64,000 bases of DNA, from the NCBI GenBank assembly GCA_039589315.1, contig JBDHHQ010000007.1:32001-96000 (forward strand). Direction: 5' to 3'. The notes below the pieces were generated by a model. It was given only the letters and a program-made list of their open reading frames with translations. It ran no database searches and was not told the DNA's origin. Each line of letters opens with the position of its first letter. Positions within the stretch are counted from its first letter, which is position 1. The translations under genes were made by a program, and so were the position numbers. The DNA comes from Gemmatimonadota bacterium (GTDB taxonomy: Bacteria; Gemmatimonadota; Gemmatimonadetes; Longimicrobiales; Gaopeijiaceae). This document shows, one piece after another, positions 58,875 to 64,000 of the stretch.

Positions 58875-59621
58875 TCACGAACCTCCCGTGAACATACGCA
58901 ATAGCCGGCGCACCGGATCGTAGGCCCGGTCCACCACCCGCTCCTTGAGCGGGATGATGGCGTTGTCGGTTATCGTGATCTCCTCCGGGCAGACCTTGGT
59001 GCAACACTTCGTGATGTTACAGAGGCCGATGCCGTGATCGGCGCGGAGCGAATCCAGACGGTCCTCGGTGTCCAGCGGATGCATCTCGAGCTGCGCCGCA
59101 TGCACGAAGAACCTGGGTCCAATGAACCGGTCGAACTCCCCGTGCTCCCGCAACACGTGACAGACGTCCTGGCAGAGGAAGCACTCGATGCACTTCCTGA
59201 ATTCCTGGGCCCGTTCCACGTCGGCCTGGGCCATGTTCCAGGACCCGTCGGGGTTGTCCGGGGCGCGGGGCTTGAATGGGCGGATGCGTTTCTTGACCTC
59301 GAGGTTCCACGACACGTCGGTGACCAGATCACGCATGAGCGGGAACGCGCGCAGAGGCTCGACGGTGATGGGCTTGGAAAGGTCCAGCTGCTGGACGCGG
59401 GTCATGCACATGAGCTTGGGCATCCCGTCTACTTCGGCCGAGCACGAGCCGCACTTGCCCGCCTTGCAGTTCCACCGCACGGCCAGGTCCGGAGCCTGCT
59501 CGGCCTGGATGGCTCTGATCGCGTCGAGGACCACCATGCCGAACCACAGCTCGGTCTCGAAGTTCTGGAACTCACCGCCGCTGGCGTCTCCGCGCCAGAT
59601 CCTGAAGGTGGCTTTCTCCAT
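58875..59621 (-). CDS. sdhB: Succinate dehydrogenase/fumarate reductase iron-sulfur subunit
   Basis: CKAGKCGSC...C, CIECFLCQDVC and CNITKCCTKVCP. Confidence 0.95.
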   Translation of the reverse strand: MEKATFRIWRGDASGGEFQNFETELWFGMVVLDAIRAIQAEQAPDLAVRWNCKAGKCGSCSAEVDGMPKLMCMTRVQQLDLSKPITVEPLRAFPLMRDLVTDVSWNLEVKKRIRPFKPRAPDNPDGSWNMAQADVERAQEFRKCIECFLCQDVCHVLREHGEFDRFIGPRFFVHAAQLEMHPLDTEDRLDSLRADHGIGLCNITKCCTKVCPEEITITDNAIIPLKERVVDRAYDPVRRLLRMFTGGS

Positions 59622-61438
59622 CAGCCTTGCTCCTCGATGACCTGGCGAAGCTCGGCAGGGATCTCCTGACACGGCACGGTTTGGACCTCCATCTCGCCGG
59701 ACGCTCCCTTGCGAATGACGACGTTCTTCTTACCCCACTCGGCGTCCTTCTCGGGATAGTCCACGCGGCTGTGGGCTCCCCGGCTCTCCTTGCGGACCAA
59801 CGCGGCCCGCGCGCAAGCCTCGCCCACCGTGAGAAGGTGATCCACGTCGAGGGCCGTATGCCAGGCTGGGTTGTACTCGCGACTGCCGTTTACGGTTATC
59901 CCCTCGGCCCGCCGCTGTAGCTCGCCTATGTCCCGAAGCGCTTCCCCCAGGCCATCGTCCGTCCGGACGATGCTCGCCTTCTCTTGCAGGAGATCCTGTA
60001 ACGCGAACTGAATCTGATACGGTCCCTCGCCGCTGCTCGGCGCTCGTTCCAGCGGTGCCAGGGCTCCACGAGCCGCCTCGTCGATCTGATCGACGTTCAG
60101 GTCTCCGGTGCCGTGGTCTCGGGCGAAGCGTGCGGCGTGCTCGCCCGCGAGCCTGCCGAACACGAGGAGGTCGGACAGCGAGTTGCCGCCGAGCCGGTTG
60201 GCCCCATGGAGACCAGCGGCGACCTCGCCGGCGGCGAACAGGCCGGGCACCCTGGACATCTGGGTGTCGGCGTCCACCCGCACCCCGCCCATCACGTAGT
60301 GGGTGGTGGGCCCGACCTCCATGGGCTCCTTGGTGATGTCCACGTTGGCCAGCTGCTTGAACTGGTGGTACATGCTGGGGAGCTTCTTCTTGATGTGCTC
60401 CTCGGCGTTCGGGAGCTTCTCCTTGATCCACGCGATGTCGAGGAACGCGCCTCCGTGGGGGCTTCCCCGGCCCTCCTTGACCTCCCGCACGATGCAGCGA
60501 GCCACGTGGTCCCGGGTGAGCAGCTCGGGGGGGCGGCGGGCGTCCCGATCCCCGATCACGTACCGCCACCCTTCCTCGGGAGTGTCGGCGGTCTGGTCCT
60601 GGTAGAGCGGCGGGATGTCGTCGAACATGAACCGCCGGCCCTCGCTGTTCGTGAGGATGCCCCCTTCGCCCCGGACGCCCTCTGTGACCAGGATGCCCTG
60701 GGCGCTGGGAGGCCACACCATGCCGGTCGGGTGGAACTGGACGAACTCCATGTCCATGAGGTCCGCCCCAGCGTGGTAGGCCAGGGAGTGGCCGTCTCCG
60801 GTGCACTCCCACGAATTGCTGGTGACCTTGAACGCCCGGCCGATTCCGCCGGTAGCCAGGATCACGGCACCGGCCGCGAAGACCCTGAACGTCCCCTTGT
60901 CCCGGTCGTAGCCAAAGCAGCCGGCGCACCGGGTGCCGTCCAGGAGGAGGCGCGTCACCGTGCACTCGCTGAAGACTTCGATGCCTTGGTGGATGCCGTG
61001 GTCCTGGAGGGTGCGCAGCATCTCGAGACCGGTGCGGTCGCCCACGTGGGCCAGGCGGGGGTAGGCGTGGCCGCCGAAATTGCGTTGCAGGATGCGGCCT
61101 TCGCCGGTCCGGTCCATGAGCGCGCCCCACGCCTCGAGCTCCCGAACCCGGTCGGGAGCCTGTTGGGCGTGAAGCTCTGCCATGCGCCAATTGTTCAGGT
61201 ATTGGCCGCCCCGCATCGTGTCCGCGAAGTGCACCCTCCAGTTGTCCCGCTCGTCAACGTTGGCCAAAGCCGCGGCGATCCCTCCCTCGGCCATTACCGT
61301 GTGTGCCTTGCCCAGGAGCGTCTTGGTGATCACCGCCACGGACACACCGTCCGCCGCGGCTTCGATGGCCGCCCGGAGTCCCGCGCCTCCGGCGCCGATG
61401 ATCACCACGTCGTAGGTGTGGCGCTCGTGACCAACCAT
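59621..61438 (-). CDS. sdhA: Succinate dehydrogenase/fumarate reductase flavoprotein
   Basis: GAGGAG, covalent-FAD motif KAHTVMAEGG, QFHPT, TEGVRGEG, HYVMGG and HGANRLGGNSL. Confidence 0.95.
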   Translation of the reverse strand: MVGHERHTYDVVIIGAGGAGLRAAIEAAADGVSVAVITKTLLGKAHTVMAEGGIAAALANVDERDNWRVHFADTMRGGQYLNNWRMAELHAQQAPDRVRELEAWGALMDRTGEGRILQRNFGGHAYPRLAHVGDRTGLEMLRTLQDHGIHQGIEVFSECTVTRLLLDGTRCAGCFGYDRDKGTFRVFAAGAVILATGGIGRAFKVTSNSWECTGDGHSLAYHAGADLMDMEFVQFHPTGMVWPPSAQGILVTEGVRGEGGILTNSEGRRFMFDDIPPLYQDQTADTPEEGWRYVIGDRDARRPPELLTRDHVARCIVREVKEGRGSPHGGAFLDIAWIKEKLPNAEEHIKKKLPSMYHQFKQLANVDITKEPMEVGPTTHYVMGGVRVDADTQMSRVPGLFAAGEVAAGLHGANRLGGNSLSDLLVFGRLAGEHAARFARDHGTGDLNVDQIDEAARGALAPLERAPSSGEGPYQIQFALQDLLQEKASIVRTDDGLGEALRDIGELQRRAEGITVNGSREYNPAWHTALDVDHLLTVGEACARAALVRKESRGAHSRVDYPEKDAEWGKKNVVIRKGASGEMEVQTVPCQEIPAELRQVIEEQG

Positions 61439-62253
61439 CAGAAGAGCCTCCAATCCGTGAAGACTCCCATGGAGAGCATCCGCACGTAGAAGTCGCTGAA
61501 GCCCACCCAGAACAGGCTCAGCCAGGCGAACAACATGTGCCGCCGGTTCAAGCACGTGACGCAGCTGTGGGCCTTGCGTCGGGCCGGGTGTCTGGAGAGG
61601 AGGTTGAGGTGGCCTCCGACCAGGTGGCGAAGGGAGTGGCAGCCCAGCGTGTACCCGCCCAACAGGATCACGTTGACCGTGAGGACCAGGGTGCCGAGGC
61701 CGATCCCGAAAGTGGCCTGACCCGTGGCCGGGTCCTCGAACCACATGGCCTTCCATGCGTCGTAGGCGAGGATCACGATGAAGACCAGCGCGATGTAGAG
61801 AAAGTACCGATGCACGTTCTGGAGAATCAGCGGGAACGAATGCTCGCCCCGGTAGGCCTTCCGCGGCTCACCCACGGCGCACGACGGAGGGTCGGCCCAG
61901 AACGCTTTGTAATACGCGCCCCGATAGTAGTAGCAAGTGAGACGAAAGCCGCCAGGTGCCCACAGGATCAGGAATGCGGGCGACCACGGCAGCCAACTGA
62001 GCCACCACGCCGGCTTGGGCCCCAGCCAGGCGTGATGCGTGTCGCCGAAGAGCTCCGGTGAGTAGAACGGCGACAGGTAGTTGCCGTGGGCGTAGTGCTG
62101 GCCCTGGAAAGCTGCCCAGGTGGAGTAGACGATGAACGCGGAAAGGCCGAGAAAGACGGCGACCGGCTGAAGCCACCAGGCATCTGGGCGCATCGTCTGC
62201 CCGAAGCCGCGTCTTTCCGTGAGCACGGGAAGGGACGTCGCAGCTCTCGCCAT
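61438..62253 (-). CDS. Sdh1-type (Rv0249c-like) membrane anchor
   Basis: YLSPFYSP, FRLTCYYYR, QNVHRYF, YTLGCHSLRH and NRRHMLFAW; GGAGGG RBS. Confidence 0.88.
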   Translation of the reverse strand: MARAATSLPVLTERRGFGQTMRPDAWWLQPVAVFLGLSAFIVYSTWAAFQGQHYAHGNYLSPFYSPELFGDTHHAWLGPKPAWWLSWLPWSPAFLILWAPGGFRLTCYYYRGAYYKAFWADPPSCAVGEPRKAYRGEHSFPLILQNVHRYFLYIALVFIVILAYDAWKAMWFEDPATGQATFGIGLGTLVLTVNVILLGGYTLGCHSLRHLVGGHLNLLSRHPARRKAHSCVTCLNRRHMLFAWLSLFWVGFSDFYVRMLSMGVFTDWRLF

Positions 62254-62610
62254 GTACCACCCTCCTGCCAGGCTCTGGGGCTGGGGCCGTCCAGGGGCCC
62301 GGCCGGAGGCGGCCTGGCAGCGCACCCGGCGGCTGTGCTGGCGGCCCCCCTCGAGGCTGCCGTGCGAACTCTCGCGTACGGAGAATACGGGAGGCCAGGG
62401 ATCGGGGCCAATGCCGAGCCGCCTGTACCGCATCGTGAGGCGGGCCTACCTTGTGCGCCCGCACCGGTTGGCCCCTGGGCCAGAGGAGCGGCCCGGGGTT
62501 GGGTCAGGTGACCGGTACGGGCTTGCGGGGCCCGACCGGAGCCGCGGGATCGAGCTTCCCGTCGAGGAAACGGACGTCGTGACGCAGCGATGCAGGAGGC
62601 AACTGGGGTG

Positions 62611-64000
62611 ATGAACCTTCGAATTCGGGGACTCGGGACGGCGCTGGGCCTTGCGGTGGCTTGGCTCGCAGCCCCGACCGCCGTCGCTACACAGGGAATC
62701 GACGTGGAGGCCCTGGAGGCCGAGGCTGTCCAGCGGCTCCAGGAGTACCTGCGGGTCAACACCATCAATCCGCCGGGTAACGAGAGCCGCGCGGTGGACT
62801 TCTTCGCGACCTTGCTCGCGGCCGAGGGCGTTGAGTTCGAGACTGCCGAATCCGCGCCGGGGCGGGGCAACATCTGGGCTCGCCTGGAGGGCGAGGGCGA
62901 CGAGCCCGCCTTGATGCTCCTCCACCACAGTGACGTGGTTCCAGCGGATGAGCGTTTCTGGGACACCGACCCCCTGTCCGGTGAGCTTCGCGACGGACAC
63001 GTATACGGACGCGGCGCCCTGGACACGAAGACGGGCGGCATTCTCCACCTCCAGGCCTTTCTCGCGCTGCACAGGGCTGCCGTGCCCCTGAATCGGGACG
63101 TGATCTTCATGGCCACGGCTGACGAGGAGGCCGGGGGCTTCTTCGGGGCTGGGTGGCTCGTGGAGAACCGGCCTGAGGTGTTCGAGGGTGTGGGGTTGCT
63201 GCTGAACGAGGGCGGCGGCGGTAGCCTCGCGGACGGGCAGGTCCGGTTCAGCGTGGAGGTGACGCAGAAGGTGCCGCTATGGCTGAAGCTCGTGGCCCGC
63301 GGCAACCCCGGCCACGGGTCGAGCCCCCAGGTGGAGACCGCAGTGACCCGGCTGGTCGGGGCACTGGCGCGCATCCGGACCCAGCCGTTCGAGCCGCGGA
63401 TCGTCCCGGCGGTCGACACGTACTTCAAGGGGCTCGCCGAAACGGCGGACGAGCCCTGGCGAACCCGTTACGCCAACATGACGCGCACCGTGCTGGATCC
63501 GCATCAGCTGCTCGAGCTCCAGGAGATGGATCCCCGTCTGCACACGCTGACGCGAAACACGTGCTCCATCACCATGCTGGAGGGGAGTGGCAAGATCAAC
63601 GTCGTGCCCCCCGAAGCGACCGCGCAGCTCGACTGCCGCCTGCTCCCCGATCAGGATCCCGACGCCTTTCTCGCGGAGCTCCGCACGATCATCGACGATC
63701 CCGACATCGAGATCGAGAAGATCATGGGCTTCTCGCCGGCTGTCTCCACCACCGATACGGACCTGTATCGGACGATCGAAGCGGTGGCCGCCCGTCACTT
63801 CCCGGGCGCTCCCGTGCTGCCGATGGTCCAGGGCGGCTTCACCGACAGCCACTTCTTCAGGGACCTGGGCATCGTGAGCTACGGGTTCTTTCCCACGGTC
63901 ACGCCCCGGGAAGACGCCGGCGGCGTCCACGGGAACAACGAGCGCGTCTCCGTCGAAAGCGTCGAGCGGGGCACCCGCATGATGCTCGAGATCGTGCGGG
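62611..64000 (+). CDS. Secreted M20/M25/M40 metallo-hydrolase (runs off the window end)
   Basis: AGGAGG RBS, signal peptide; NPPGNE, HSDVVP, GRGALDTK, ADEE, NEGG, GHGS, GFTDS and VHGNNER; not in the ORF track because the stop is outside the window. Confidence 0.9.
   Translation, partial: MNLRIRGLGTALGLAVAWLAAPTAVATQGIDVEALEAEAVQRLQEYLRVNTINPPGNESRAVDFFATLLAAEGVEFETAESAPGRGNIWARLEGEGDEPALMLLHHSDVVPADERFWDTDPLSGELRDGHVYGRGALDTKTGGILHLQAFLALHRAAVPLNRDVIFMATADEEAGGFFGAGWLVENRPEVFEGVGLLLNEGGGGSLADGQVRFSVEVTQKVPLWLKLVARGNPGHGSSPQVETAVTRLVGALARIRTQPFEPRIVPAVDTYFKGLAETADEPWRTRYANMTRTVLDPHQLLELQEMDPRLHTLTRNTCSITMLEGSGKINVVPPEATAQLDCRLLPDQDPDAFLAELRTIIDDPDIEIEKIMGFSPAVSTTDTDLYRTIEAVAARHFPGAPVLPMVQGGFTDSHFFRDLGIVSYGFFPTVTPREDAGGVHGNNERVSVESVERGTRMMLEIVR

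Noticed and set aside
62254..62610. Small Rv0250c-like gene or riboswitch upstream of the sdh anchor
   Set aside because: No convincing ORF or known aptamer core is visible; treated as a divergent promoter region

Overview
A 64 kb, very GC-rich, gene-dense bacterial chromosomal segment. Gene content and signal-peptide style suggest Gemmatimonadota (Longimicrobiales-like); this is an inference, not a database result. It holds about 50 intact CDS: many secreted hydrolases (four amidohydrolase genes plus M1, M19 and M20 peptidases and a BNR/VPS10 propeller), transporters (MATE, two AI-2E, CDF, an orphan TAXI receptor, two ADOP-type permeases), an ATP-dependent DNA ligase, an L,D-transpeptidase/M15A pair and a mycobacterial Sdh1-like succinate dehydrogenase operon. 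I found no rRNA, tRNA, CRISPR array, integrase or transposase. The best candidates for undescribed biology are: (1) a coupled operon of a His-lined LVIVD propeller, a small Met/His-tailed secreted protein, a multicopper oxidase and a small secreted protein; (2) an 842-aa Vps62/NLP-like domain fused to an outer-membrane barrel; (3) the Sdh1-like operon extended by a helical protein and a di-haem c lipoprotein; (4) a G.U-supported RNA structure upstream of an orphan ADOP permease. The gaps between genes also hold several collapsed gene remnants (cardiolipin synthase, Omp85, sphingolipid desaturase, AbrB) and two single-base frameshifts. All family calls come from motif recognition by eye.
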